Shown here piece after piece: positions 36,460 to 46,413 of a DNA stretch of 52,424 nucleotides. Numbering within the stretch: the stretch's first letter is position 1; each line of letters opens with the position of its first letter. The translations under genes were made by a program, and so were the position numbers. Under the pieces are notes generated by a model. That model searched no databases and was not told where the DNA came from. It saw only the letters and a program-made list of their open reading frames with translations. The DNA comes from a virus. Taxonomy: Duplodnaviria; Caudoviricetes. The stretch is taken from IMG/VR virus record IMGVR_UViG_3300013009_000061, positions 1 to 52,424 of that record. One strand, written 5' to 3'.

Positions 36460-37923
36460 ATGGCGATTCAAGTTGATTCGTACGTCATGCAACTCGCGCA
36501 AATGGCATCTCAGATTTGTGGGCTCGACGTGAATGTGATCCTCGCACAATGGCAGTGCGAAGAAGGCATCTCAAGCGCGAACTGGCCCAGCAATAATCCA
36601 GCGGGTATCACGCCGGGGAATCCGAACGTCGACAAGTTGGCTACTGGAGTCAACGCAGCTGGATTTCTCATTTTCCCCACTCCGGCTGCGGGCGCTCAGG
36701 CGTACGCTCTCCTCATCAAGACCGACCCGAATTATGCAGGAATCCGCGCGGCCATCCAAACAGGGAATCCTATTGCCGAAATTCAGGCCATCGTCGCTAG
36801 TCCGTGGGACTCGGGTCACTACATGGAGAGTGGTTATAACCACCTCCTAACCGCCTACAACGAGATCACGGGACAGCATATCCAGCTCGTCAATAACACG
36901 AACACGAGTAGCTATGCATTCCCAACTGACTCAACCTCGACATCCGGCATCGCGAATCAGGTAACCTTTCCGCCTACCAACTACAGCGTGGTAGCGAACA
37001 GCCAACGTACCGGTAATGTCCTCTACGGGCGCCGCTATCGGGTGATCGTGGCGAATTCCGGTGGGATTGCACTCGACGTTTCGGATCTGCACTGCACATT
37101 CGACATCCAGTACGTGGTCAATCAGCAACCCCCATTCAGCACCATCGTCATCTACAATCTAAACCCTGTCACCGAAGACTTCATCCTGAACTACGGAGAC
37201 CGCGTCATCGTGGAAGCAGGCTATGAAGGCAATCAGTATGGCGTGATCTTCGACGGAGAAGTCGTCGAACCCATTCGAGACAAAGAGGACAACGTAACCT
37301 ATCGCCTCACGATCAACGCATTGGCTGGAAACTCACTGCTCAATCAGTCCTTCGTGAACTTCACACTGAATCGCGGTCAATCTGCGCGGAGCATTGTGCA
37401 GAATCTCGCGAGCATGGCCACGCATCCATCGCCGATTGGAGAGCTTTCGCCACAACTGAGCGCAGCACAGCTGCCGCGCGCCAAAGCGGTGTTCGGGTTG
37501 ACGCGCGACTACATACGCCAGATTGCCCAGGCAAGTAACCTCGCCTTCTATACCAAGAGCGGCGAGATCAATCTCATACACGCAAGTGACCCGCCGAAAG
37601 GCGAAATCCTTGACCTTACCCCGGAGAGTGGGCTTATCGGTCAGCCGACACAGCAAGATCTAGGGGTCTCGTTCCGGTGTCTGCTTAACCCAGCCATCCA
37701 AATCGGGACGATGGTGCATATCGACAGCAGCTTGATTCAGGCGCAGACCTACCAAATTGGGCAGGTTCCGCGGCCACTGGACGCACAAGGGATTTACCGC
37801 GTGGTCGGAGTGGAGCACGTCGGAGACACACGCGGGAATGATTGGTACACCAATTGCGTCACGGTCAGTCAGGCTGGCGGTATCCCGAACATGATCGCAT
37901 CGAGCGCCTATGGTCCCTGGTGA
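36460..37923 (+). CDS. Baseplate hub with N-terminal glucosaminidase/lysozyme-like domain
   Basis: VILAQWQCEEG...NNPAGI N-domain; hub motifs IYNLN, VEAGYEG, SGLIGQP, CLLNP, GDTRGNDWY. Confidence 0.8.
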   Translation: MAIQVDSYVMQLAQMASQICGLDVNVILAQWQCEEGISSANWPSNNPAGITPGNPNVDKLATGVNAAGFLIFPTPAAGAQAYALLIKTDPNYAGIRAAIQTGNPIAEIQAIVASPWDSGHYMESGYNHLLTAYNEITGQHIQLVNNTNTSSYAFPTDSTSTSGIANQVTFPPTNYSVVANSQRTGNVLYGRRYRVIVANSGGIALDVSDLHCTFDIQYVVNQQPPFSTIVIYNLNPVTEDFILNYGDRVIVEAGYEGNQYGVIFDGEVVEPIRDKEDNVTYRLTINALAGNSLLNQSFVNFTLNRGQSARSIVQNLASMATHPSPIGELSPQLSAAQLPRAKAVFGLTRDYIRQIAQASNLAFYTKSGEINLIHASDPPKGEILDLTPESGLIGQPTQQDLGVSFRCLLNPAIQIGTMVHIDSSLIQAQTYQIGQVPRPLDAQGIYRVVGVEHVGDTRGNDWYTNCVTVSQAGGIPNMIASSAYGPW

Positions 37924-37941
37924 CAAGGGGGAGGTGATGGG

Positions 37942-38490
37942 ATGCTCACCATCAACGACATCTTGCCGAATAATCAAGAAGAGGTCTACCGGACGCTCAT
38001 GGACACGATTGCGGCAAACATCCGTGTCGCCATTCCCGGCATCATTCAAGCGTTTGACCCTGTTGAGCAGATCGTATCCGTTCAGCCGGCCGTCCGCGAG
38101 CGCATTCGCAACCCCGACTTGAGTTACTCATGGGTTAAACTCCCCATCCTGCTCGACGTGCCCATCGTCGTTCCGCGCGCGGGCGGCTTCGCGTTGACGC
38201 TCCCGCCAAAGCAGGGGGACGAGTGCCTGATCGTCTTCGGGGACATGTGCATCGACGGATGGTGGAAGTATGGGGGCATCCAGAATCAGCCCGACAAGCG
38301 GCGTCATGATCTAAGCGATGGCTTTGCGATTCTGGGTACGTGGTCGCAGCCGCGAGTGTTGTCCAATTACGCAACTGACGCGGCGCAGCTGCGCACCGAC
38401 GATGGGCAGACGTACATCAGCATGCGGCCTGGTGAGATTGATATTGTTGCAGCCACCGTGAAGGTCAATGGGACGGTGATCTCGCCTTGA
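37942..38490 (+). CDS. Baseplate central spike (Gp138-like)
   Basis: VAIPGII, VSVQP, GDECLIVFGDMCIDGW, RRHDLSDG. Confidence 0.85.
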   Translation: MLTINDILPNNQEEVYRTLMDTIAANIRVAIPGIIQAFDPVEQIVSVQPAVRERIRNPDLSYSWVKLPILLDVPIVVPRAGGFALTLPPKQGDECLIVFGDMCIDGWWKYGGIQNQPDKRRHDLSDGFAILGTWSQPRVLSNYATDAAQLRTDDGQTYISMRPGEIDIVAATVKVNGTVISP

Positions 38491-38858
38491 TCTATCGCAA
38501 GTTATCTCCAACAGGGGATTACGTGCTTGGCAGGCCCAACGAGTTCTGGACGGATGCAGACGCCGTTGCACAAGCCATCTACACGAGCCTGAAGCTCTTG
38601 CAGGGCGAGTGGTGGGAAGATACATCGGCCGGCTTCCCGCTCTTCCAAGTTGTGCTCGATACGCCGGGCTCTCCCGAACACATACGAGGGATCGATATGG
38701 TCGTTCAAGAGGCTATCTTAAATGTCCCAAACGTCCAGGCCATCACGAACTTCTCGAGTGTGTATGACAATACGACACGAACGTACACCATTGAGATTTG
38801 CACTGTGGAAACAGTGTTTGGTGAAGTCGCTGTGAAGGGGGTGGCGTTCTCGCCGTGA
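38487..38858 (+). CDS. Baseplate wedge/sheath initiator (gp25-like)
   Basis: YRKL...GDY, AVAQAI...LKLLQGEWW.D...G. Confidence 0.75.
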   Translation: MIYRKLSPTGDYVLGRPNEFWTDADAVAQAIYTSLKLLQGEWWEDTSAGFPLFQVVLDTPGSPEHIRGIDMVVQEAILNVPNVQAITNFSSVYDNTTRTYTIEICTVETVFGEVAVKGVAFSP

Positions 38859-40030
38859 GCTATTTCGCGCCATACATCGACTCCGCCGGATTCCACATGC
38901 CGACGTATCAGGATATCGTCGACCAATTGGTGGCGGATGCCCAGAACATCTTTGGCCAAGATATCTATCTCGGCTACGACAGCCAGGACTATCAGATGAT
39001 TAGCGTGTTTGCACGCATGATCTATGACTCGTTCCTCGCGGCTCAAGCTGCGTACAACAGTCGTTCGCCTTCCACGGCATTAGGGAGCGCGTTGGACGCC
39101 ATCGTGGCGGTCAACGGGCTTGTGCGCAAGCCTGCGACTTATTCCACGTGCCAAGTGACCATATCCGGCACACCGGGCACGATGATCGAGAACGGCGTCG
39201 TTAGTGACGTGAATGGCTACAACTGGTCGTTGCCGACACCAACTGTGATTGGCTCAAACGGCACGGTGACCGTGACTGCGACATGCCAAACACCGGGCGC
39301 CATCACGGCGAACCCAGGGGATATCAACACCATTGTCACGCCGCAGCTTGGTTGGAACTCGGTGACGAATCAGGTCGCCGCAATCCCTGGCACGCCCGTG
39401 GAGACCGATTCCGAGTTACGTGCCCGTCAAGCGGTGTCGACTGCGCAACCCAGTCAGAACATGGTCGACAGCCTCATCGCGGGGCTTTCGGCTATTCCGG
39501 GCATTGGCCGCTTCCGCGTGTATGAGAACTACACGAGCCAGACGGATGCAAACGGCATACCGCCGCATTCGATTTGGTGTGTGGTGGAGGGTGGCGATGC
39601 ACAAGACGTCGCCAATGTGATTTGGCTGCGTAAGGGCATCGGCTGCGGCACGTATGGCAGCACAGCGGTCCAGGTCACAGACTCACAGGGCGTCGTCAAC
39701 ACGATCTACTACGATGTCCCACAGTATGTCGACATCGACGTCACTATTAACGTGAAGAAGCTACAAGGATTCACGCAAGACACGCAAACCGCCATTGCGA
39801 ACGCGGTGTACGCGTATCTGAATAACTCGGAGATCGGCGTGCCTGTGTATAACTCCGCGCTGTGGGGTGCTGCGCTGTCGGCGAACCCGACACCAAACAA
39901 CCCAACCTTCTCCGTTACAAGCGTCACCGCAGCCGTACACGGGCAAACACAAAGCACCTCCGATATTCCCATCGCCCTGAATCAAGTAGCGCGCGGAAAT
40001 CTGTCATACATCACGGTCAACGCGAGCTAA
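38855..40030 (+). CDS. Baseplate J/gp47-family protein
   Basis: ALGSALD, GLVRKPA, ETDSELRARQ, YENYT, PPHSI. Confidence 0.88.
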   Translation: MSYFAPYIDSAGFHMPTYQDIVDQLVADAQNIFGQDIYLGYDSQDYQMISVFARMIYDSFLAAQAAYNSRSPSTALGSALDAIVAVNGLVRKPATYSTCQVTISGTPGTMIENGVVSDVNGYNWSLPTPTVIGSNGTVTVTATCQTPGAITANPGDINTIVTPQLGWNSVTNQVAAIPGTPVETDSELRARQAVSTAQPSQNMVDSLIAGLSAIPGIGRFRVYENYTSQTDANGIPPHSIWCVVEGGDAQDVANVIWLRKGIGCGTYGSTAVQVTDSQGVVNTIYYDVPQYVDIDVTINVKKLQGFTQDTQTAIANAVYAYLNNSEIGVPVYNSALWGAALSANPTPNNPTFSVTSVTAAVHGQTQSTSDIPIALNQVARGNLSYITVNAS

Positions 40031-40047
40031 GGCAGCGAGGTGAGAGC

Positions 40048-40608
40048 ATGTCGATCGCACCCTATTTGTCGCTCATCACCTCTGAGCACTCGGACAAGCC
40101 CAACTACATGGCTTGGTTGTCGGCGCTCCTGCAAAAAGTCGACGATGGCATGTCCGCATCGAATTCGATACCGAGCGCTTTTAGCCTAAATACAGCCGAA
40201 GGTGTCCAACTGGACATCTTAGGCCAACTGATCGGTCAGCCGCGGGATATCGGCATCCCGTTGACGAACAGCTCATCGATTCTCGACGACGAACACTATC
40301 GTATGGTTTTGCGGTCCAGGATTGTCCGCAACCAATGGGACGGCACGGTCGGAGAGATTTATGATATCTGGAACGCGGCTTTTCCCGGCACGCAACTCGC
40401 ACTGGTCGACAACCAGGATATGACGATGACGGCCAACATCACGAATCTCGAGGATAACCTATCTGCGGAGCTCGTGACAGCAGGTCTGATCATTCCGAGA
40501 CCGATGGGCGTCCTGCTCAACATCATGGCGAATACTGGAGTCGTTGACCAAGTGTTTGTCGGGGGTCTTGTGAGTGGAGGAGATGTGATAAAGCTACAAG
40601 TGGTCTGA
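40048..40608 (+). CDS. Baseplate protein (DUF2612)
   Basis: TAEGVQLDILGQLIG, LDDEHYR, NQWDGT, DNQDMTM, PRPMGV. Confidence 0.82.
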   Translation: MSIAPYLSLITSEHSDKPNYMAWLSALLQKVDDGMSASNSIPSAFSLNTAEGVQLDILGQLIGQPRDIGIPLTNSSSILDDEHYRMVLRSRIVRNQWDGTVGEIYDIWNAAFPGTQLALVDNQDMTMTANITNLEDNLSAELVTAGLIIPRPMGVLLNIMANTGVVDQVFVGGLVSGGDVIKLQVV

Positions 40609-40640
40609 GATCAAGAGCGAGGGCACGAAAGGCCCTCATC

Positions 40641-40844
40641 TTAACAAAGATTGGTGTTGTCATCTTTTTGTGTTTGTGTTCTTTTTACGTGATCTGGCAT
40701 TAGATATGAAAACCAGATTTCCGGGTGTTTGCACACCGAACAATACCCTGAGGCTACATATTGTCCATCTTTATCACCTTCAATATGCGTGATGATGAAG
40801 TCTTGGTCTTTTCTGCAAATTACACAATGCATCCGTTCTTTCAT
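40641..40844 (-). CDS. Small AT-rich zinc-finger protein inserted antisense in tail module
   Basis: AAGGGGTG RBS; HCVICRK...YCSVCKH; local GC drop. Confidence 0.6.
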   Translation of the reverse strand: MKERMHCVICRKDQDFIITHIEGDKDGQYVASGYCSVCKHPEIWFSYLMPDHVKRTQTQKDDNTNLC

Positions 40845-40937
40845 GTCGTCCACCCCTTTATTTAGCCTTGTTCGTTCTTTCACTATCATCTCCTTGTTCA
40901 TAGTTGTACCAAATTAAAGTTCGAATGTAGAAAGGAG

Positions 40938-42113
40938 ATGGCACATGTGGCCGTTTACGGCAACATGGTCGTCACCAAACAAGGCCAGGCGCTATATGCC
41001 AAAGTGCAAGCGGGTACCCAAATGCAGTTTACCCGGCTCCAAATTGGTAGCGGGCAACTCACGACGCAGCTGAGCAGTGCCCTAACCTCGGGGACGTCCT
41101 ACACTTCCATACCCGTACAGGCGCTCACATCTCCTGTCGCGAGTGGTCAGACGATCACAATCGGCACAGGTAGCACGACGCAAACAGTCACGGCAAGTGC
41201 CGCGGTGTCCATCGGAGCCACGAGCATCCCGGTTGCGTCATTTACTGCGAACGCGAACTATCCTGCGGGCACCACGGTGACGTTGGTTTCCGACCCGACC
41301 ACGCTCACGGGGTTGCTCAGTCCGATTGATTGGGTGCCAATTAACTCGATCTCGACAAACGGCAACACAGCAAATATCCTCGCTATCTACCAGAACACGA
41401 AACTCCAGCAACCTACGTACACGTGCGAGATCGGGCTATTCGCGCAAGACCCGCAGGCGGGTGAGATCCTATACGCCTACGCTAATGCTGGGGCTCAAGG
41501 GGACACCTTTCCGCCGTACTCAGCCGGGCCGTACTCGCGGCAGTTTCAGCTGGCGATTGCCATCGGGAACGCGACACAAGTGACGGCCAACGTCCCGACG
41601 GGTACCTGGATCCCGGTGTCACAGATGGGGGTACCCAATGGAGTAGCGACCCTCGATGCCACCGGCAATGTGCCGTTGTCACAGCTCGGAAACGTGCCAA
41701 AGCCGGGAACGGCATCATCAACAGCGTTGGGGCTTATTCAGTTACCACCGTCAGCCGGCACACCCACCAACCCCGTCGCCGTGTATCGCCCCGTCAGTGT
41801 CCGAGACATGACCCTCACGTCCACATCAGCCACGACTGTACTCAGCTACACGCCAGCCGCATCAGGACAGTTTAAGGTGAGCGGCTATCTACGTGTGGCC
41901 AACGCGGCGACCGGCGTGACAGTGACGCTGACGTACACCAGTCCATCCGGTTCACAGACCATTACGCTTGTGCCGCAGTACACCTTGGCGGTCGGTGACT
42001 ACACCATAACAGCTACGACTTTTGAGGCTACAACAAGTAGCGCCATCACACTTACAGCTACAGCAGGCACAGCGAACAACGTGACAATCTCCGCAGTACT
42101 GGAGGCGGTGTGA
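40938..42113 (+). CDS. Tail fiber/baseplate-anchored protein
   Basis: VVTKQGQAL, FTRLQIGSG, EIGLFAQDP..GEILYAY, NGVATLDATG. Confidence 0.8.
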   Translation: MAHVAVYGNMVVTKQGQALYAKVQAGTQMQFTRLQIGSGQLTTQLSSALTSGTSYTSIPVQALTSPVASGQTITIGTGSTTQTVTASAAVSIGATSIPVASFTANANYPAGTTVTLVSDPTTLTGLLSPIDWVPINSISTNGNTANILAIYQNTKLQQPTYTCEIGLFAQDPQAGEILYAYANAGAQGDTFPPYSAGPYSRQFQLAIAIGNATQVTANVPTGTWIPVSQMGVPNGVATLDATGNVPLSQLGNVPKPGTASSTALGLIQLPPSAGTPTNPVAVYRPVSVRDMTLTSTSATTVLSYTPAASGQFKVSGYLRVANAATGVTVTLTYTSPSGSQTITLVPQYTLAVGDYTITATTFEATTSSAITLTATAGTANNVTISAVLEAV

Positions 42114-42116
42114 TAC

Positions 42117-43001
42117 ATGAGTCAAGCGATTGTACCTTCATCTGCAGTTCCGTTTGGCGCGCCCGCAATCACAGCAGGCGGTATCAACGGACTTGGTAGT
42201 TTACGATTCGTGGGCACCACAAACGGAGGCCCACCGACGAGCGGGACGTACAACACGAGGGATGTGGTGTTGGATCTCAACACGCTGCTCCTGTGGATCT
42301 GTACCTCCGGCGGCACCCCTGGCACGTGGACGGGTTTGAGTTACTTGCGAACGGATAGCGGCGCGCCGAATCCGCAGATGGTGCAACAGCCGGTAGTATT
42401 TCAATCGAATGCAAACCAATCAAGTCAGCAACCGATTCTTGCCAAATCCCCTGACGGGAGCTATATCGCTCTTGCTCCTAGTGTAACAGTAGGAAGCTGG
42501 AATGCCCTCGTTCAAGCCGGGGATGAAGTGCTGGTATTCGTTAGCAAAGGCAATCCTACAAATCCATCCTTTTTGTCTATTGTGCCTTGGGCAAGCAAAA
42601 CCGCTGGAATCCGAATCGGAAGCGATGGAACAGTCAAAAGTGCCAACAACACTCTCGATGACGGTTCTGGTGGCATCGTAGCGGCTGGAGCTATGAAAGC
42701 GCAAGGTGCTTATTTTGTGCTAGAAGCGCTGAGCGGAGGGTACAAAATCCAGTCAGGCGCCGCTAATATCTCAAATGTATCGCCGAACACAGTATACACG
42801 ACTACCATCACGTTTCCTGTACCCTTTTCTTCCGCCCCGTATGTCTACGTCACATCCAATACGAACACAGTAAACAATAGCTATACGGTCTATTTATCTG
42901 CCTACGAAAATACCGCCACTCAATTCACGGTTGAAGGCCTAATCTCAGGCACTGCAAACCCGGGTACGATTAGTTTCAGTTGGATAGCGATTGGAAATTG
43001 A
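42117..43001 (+). CDS. Tail fiber/receptor-binding protein
   Basis: GPPTSGTY...WICTSGGTPGTW; C-terminal IQSG...TITFPVPFS..P...FSWIAIGN (H-type lectin/gp53-like). Confidence 0.75.
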   Translation: MSQAIVPSSAVPFGAPAITAGGINGLGSLRFVGTTNGGPPTSGTYNTRDVVLDLNTLLLWICTSGGTPGTWTGLSYLRTDSGAPNPQMVQQPVVFQSNANQSSQQPILAKSPDGSYIALAPSVTVGSWNALVQAGDEVLVFVSKGNPTNPSFLSIVPWASKTAGIRIGSDGTVKSANNTLDDGSGGIVAAGAMKAQGAYFVLEALSGGYKIQSGAANISNVSPNTVYTTTITFPVPFSSAPYVYVTSNTNTVNNSYTVYLSAYENTATQFTVEGLISGTANPGTISFSWIAIGN

Positions 43002-43015
43002 AGCGAGGTGAAACC

Positions 43016-43876
43016 ATGAATTATTTCTTTCTGTATACAGAGACCACAGGTCAAATCTATGGTGCTCCATATCTCGGTACAGCAGAAGAGTGGACCAACA
43101 TCCCCGAAGGCTGTGGGGTTATCGGCCCGATTGACCAATCCGATTCGACAGCGACGGATGCTTACCAACACCCAGAACGATATCTCGTCCAAAACGGCGA
43201 ACTGGTGCTCCAGCCGTACATCACAATCACATCGTCAGAGTCAAGCGGCTCCTACAACATCACCGCAACCCTCAACAACCCACCCTCCACGCCTCCGTCC
43301 AGCGTCACGTTCACGATTGGCTCATGGACGCAGACTTCAACGCTTGCCAACAACCAGGCCAGCATCACGGTGCAGATGCACCCATCACTCTCATCGTATG
43401 CGGTGCCTGTGTCCGTTTCTGCGACGGGATGTGTAGGGGCGTCGGCGACGATTGGTGGGACACAACCACTCCCCATCGGTATCCAGGTCTTCACTCCATC
43501 TGGTTCGAGTACGCCGATGGTCGCTCCTGTCGGCCCTGGGTCAAAGAGTTTCCTTGCGGCGTATTACTCGCTTTCCGCAGGATCGCTTGAAACGTATCTC
43601 GCCGACATCGGAACGGTCATCAGTCTGCTGACCGACGCCGTGTTCAATGTGCTGTTCCCGGCGGTAAATCCGACGTTGAACGCCAATCAGCAGAACGCCT
43701 ACAACGATATCAAGGCCAACGCATTGCCGAATCTGTACACAACGCTCAACAACGCCTATCCGTCCGGCGGAACGAAACAATTGCAGTACGCAGATTATCT
43801 CGCTGGCCTATCGAGCACGTTCAAGGCATACGAGAGTTACGCACAAGACCTTGAGACGATTCCTGGACTTGAGTGA
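43016..43876 (+). CDS. Tail-fiber-associated protein
   Basis: GAGGTGA RBS; follows fiber; Ig-like Ser/Thr-rich middle. Confidence 0.55.
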   Translation: MNYFFLYTETTGQIYGAPYLGTAEEWTNIPEGCGVIGPIDQSDSTATDAYQHPERYLVQNGELVLQPYITITSSESSGSYNITATLNNPPSTPPSSVTFTIGSWTQTSTLANNQASITVQMHPSLSSYAVPVSVSATGCVGASATIGGTQPLPIGIQVFTPSGSSTPMVAPVGPGSKSFLAAYYSLSAGSLETYLADIGTVISLLTDAVFNVLFPAVNPTLNANQQNAYNDIKANALPNLYTTLNNAYPSGGTKQLQYADYLAGLSSTFKAYESYAQDLETIPGLE

Positions 43877-43895
43877 CCACATCTTCTGTTTCCTC

Positions 43896-43920
43896 AGCGC
43901 TCCTTCGGGGGCGCTTTTTT
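43896..43920 (+). terminator. Intrinsic terminator
   Basis: AGCGCTCC-ttcg-GGGGCGCT-TTTTT. Confidence 0.7.
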
Positions 43921-43943
43921 CATGCCTGAAAGGAGTGTCCATC

Positions 43944-44690
43944 ATGCCGAAGTACCGCTACCTCCAGACGGCCACTGTCCCGTACTATCAGCCGCACGGA
44001 AACGGAAAAGTGGAAGTGGACCTGCGGCAATATTTTGGGCCTATCTACAACCAGGGCGACCTAGGCGCATGCTCCGCCTTTGCCGCGACCGCTTGGTACG
44101 CCGCGTGGCGCGTGAAGCACGGTTATTCGTGGGTCGAGTACAGCGAATTGGCTCAGTATTACGAGGAACGCAAACTGGAGGGCACCGTCTTCCAGGACTC
44201 CGGCGCGACCATCTGGGACGCTGTCCAGGTGCTCGCCACATACGGCGTTATGCCCGAGCAGGATGACCCGTACAATCCCGCGGACTTCACCAATCCGCCG
44301 CCTGAGCAGGACTTCATCCCTGGATCGCAATTGCCGCTCAACCTCGTCCGTCGCCTTCCGCTCTCTCGCCTCGTGGACTACGCCATGGACGCGCTCAGCA
44401 ACGACATGCCCATTCTGTTCGGCGCAGCGGTGTTCTCCGAGCTTGAGTCGCAAGAAGTGGCGGAGACAGGCTATCTCTCCATGCCTGCGCCGTATGAACA
44501 GCCCATCGGCGGTCACGCGATGGTGGCCGTCGGCATGGACGTCGGCAAGCGCCTGTTCCTCATCCGCAACTCGTGGGGCGCTGACTGGGGCATCGGCGGC
44601 TACTTCTGGATGCCATTTGAGTACTGGCAGGACTTCGTGAGCGAGGCATACGTCATCGACGATTTGGTAGAGGACAAGAAGGTGGCCTAA
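43944..44690 (+). CDS. Papain-family (C1) cysteine peptidase
   Basis: VDLR, NQGDLGACSAF (Gln/Cys), GGHAM (His), IRNSWG (Asn), WGIGGY. Confidence 0.9.
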   Translation: MPKYRYLQTATVPYYQPHGNGKVEVDLRQYFGPIYNQGDLGACSAFAATAWYAAWRVKHGYSWVEYSELAQYYEERKLEGTVFQDSGATIWDAVQVLATYGVMPEQDDPYNPADFTNPPPEQDFIPGSQLPLNLVRRLPLSRLVDYAMDALSNDMPILFGAAVFSELESQEVAETGYLSMPAPYEQPIGGHAMVAVGMDVGKRLFLIRNSWGADWGIGGYFWMPFEYWQDFVSEAYVIDDLVEDKKVA

Positions 44691-45187
44691 TGCTGGAGCC
44701 AGGCGACCTCATCTTTGTACGCGGGCGTTGGTGGGACCCGATTGCAGACGCCATCAAACTGGGGGAAGTCCTCATCAACCATGAAGAGAAGCTGCCGCTC
44801 GCGCGTCTCTACACCCACGTCGCAGTCTATCTCGGCGGCAACAACATCGCGGAGGCGCAGGGCCTTCGCGTATCAGGGACGGGGCGAATCGGTGCATATG
44901 CAGGCGAGTACGACATCGGCCATGTGGTCGGCATGACGTATGACCAGCGCCAGCAGTTTCTTGCCGCACTCCAGCGCGAGAATGGCTTTCCTTACGACTG
45001 GGTGGGCATCTTCTGGCTGGCGGTCAAGGCTATCACGGGCTACAGCAAGAAGTACGAGGAGCACAAGACGCGGTACTGCTCGACCTATGTGGGATGGGCG
45101 CTCAGGCAAGCAGGCATTGTGGTGGACGATGAGACACCTTCCACACTGGCGCTTGACCCGCGTATTCACATCGAGATTGTTTGCTGA
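44690..45187 (+). CDS. Permuted papain-like NlpC/P60 enzyme (YiiX/YebB-like)
   Basis: LEPGDLIF, YTHVAVYLG (His first), PYDW, RYCSTYV (Cys last). Confidence 0.82.
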   Translation: MLEPGDLIFVRGRWWDPIADAIKLGEVLINHEEKLPLARLYTHVAVYLGGNNIAEAQGLRVSGTGRIGAYAGEYDIGHVVGMTYDQRQQFLAALQRENGFPYDWVGIFWLAVKAITGYSKKYEEHKTRYCSTYVGWALRQAGIVVDDETPSTLALDPRIHIEIVC

Positions 45188-45201
45188 GAGGGGCGGTTGA
45201 A

Positions 45202-45504
45202 GTGCATGAGAACCACTCCCCTGATACCCGGCTAGCGGTGGCGGCCAACGACATCGCGTGGATCAAACAATCCCTGAAGGAGATCAAGGAGAAACAAGAG
45301 GAACTATCGGACCAGATACGCGCGCAGAACGACCGAGCGTCGGAGTTCGCCACAAAATCCGACATCGAACAGCTTAGCAAGGACGTCCAAGACCTGCAAC
45401 GATGGCGTTCATGGCTGACGGGGGCCTATCTTGTCGGCGCAGGCATCATTGGGGCGCTATTTGAGTACGGACGTCAGTGGTTGACAGGAGGTGGTGGCAA
45501 ATGA
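45202..45504 (+). CDS. Coiled-coil protein with C-terminal TM (XhlA/holin-like)
   Basis: Heptad-rich N-part, WLTGAYLVGAGIIGALF TM; lysis region; start uncertain. Confidence 0.6.
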   Translation: MHENHSPDTRLAVAANDIAWIKQSLKEIKEKQEELSDQIRAQNDRASEFATKSDIEQLSKDVQDLQRWRSWLTGAYLVGAGIIGALFEYGRQWLTGGGGK

Positions 45505-45860
45505 TACGGCGGATGAATGCGTGGCTAGCTGAACGCATGGCGAACATGCTTTCGAGTATGTGGCTCTTTTGGGGCTTGACCATCCTCATTTGGGCGACAG
45601 TCATCTTGCAGCGCCCTAGCGGGCCGCAAGGGTGGATATTGTTTCTCGTTTCCGTGTTCTTTCAGGGCGTATCTCTGCCAGTTCTGGCTTTCGTGAGTAA
45701 CATCCAAGGGGATAGAACAGAAAAACTGTTGCGTGAAACCCACGACGCTGTCATGTCCGAGCTTACGGAACTTAGGCGCATGCATGAGGAACAGGCGACG
45801 GAACTTGCGGAACTAAGGGCCGTCCATCGCGAACTAGGGAGGCGTTCGCATGACCGCTAA
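45501..45860 (+). CDS. Small two-TM membrane protein (DUF1003-like)
   Basis: NAWLA...LSSMWLFW, FFQGVSLPVL, C-terminal coiled coil. Confidence 0.6.
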   Translation: MIRRMNAWLAERMANMLSSMWLFWGLTILIWATVILQRPSGPQGWILFLVSVFFQGVSLPVLAFVSNIQGDRTEKLLRETHDAVMSELTELRRMHEEQATELAELRAVHRELGRRSHDR

Positions 45861-46413
45861 CCGCGTCGTGGAGGAGCATGAGGTCACGGAGAAGGTCACG
45901 GAATACGTCGTGTTCCCGGAGCACTCGCAAAGGACGGAAAGCGAACTGTTCCGCACGAACAAGCATAAGCTTGTCCACGAAATGAACCTCCCGTGCTTCA
46001 AGTGTGCCATGAAAGCATGGCCGGACAAACCGCCGCCGGAAGCGTACCATAACCGCGAAGTCCACCACTGGCTTGTCGAATGGGCCGTGTGGAACGCCGC
46101 TGATCCAGCGAAGGTGCAACGCCTGCTGGATAGCGGCTTTTTTGATCCCTACGGCTTCTCGGCACATATGAAGGGACAACCCTTCGATTCCCCAGACGAC
46201 ATCCGAAACCTCATCGTGCTCTGCGAACGCCATCACCGAGACGGTCATATCGGCGTCCACCACTCGACGGCTCCTGAGTGGTTGTCTGACCTCGTGGCGA
46301 AAGACGGCGTAGACATTCTGCTCACGGATGAGGAGTGGCGACTGCTCGCAAGCGGGCAAGCCGAACTCGGAGACGACGGCAAGCTCATCCCGAAGGAGGC
46401 CAATGATGAATAA
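45850..46413 (+). CDS. Hypothetical protein with HNH-like motif
   Basis: CFKC...EVHH...NLIVLCERHHR..GVHH. Confidence 0.55.
   Translation: MTANRVVEEHEVTEKVTEYVVFPEHSQRTESELFRTNKHKLVHEMNLPCFKCAMKAWPDKPPPEAYHNREVHHWLVEWAVWNAADPAKVQRLLDSGFFDPYGFSAHMKGQPFDSPDDIRNLIVLCERHHRDGHIGVHHSTAPEWLSDLVAKDGVDILLTDEEWRLLASGQAELGDDGKLIPKEANDE

Noticed and set aside
40938-43876. Diversity-generating retroelement or invertible tail-fiber cassette
   Set aside because: No reverse transcriptase, invertase, or duplicated template/variable repeat was seen.
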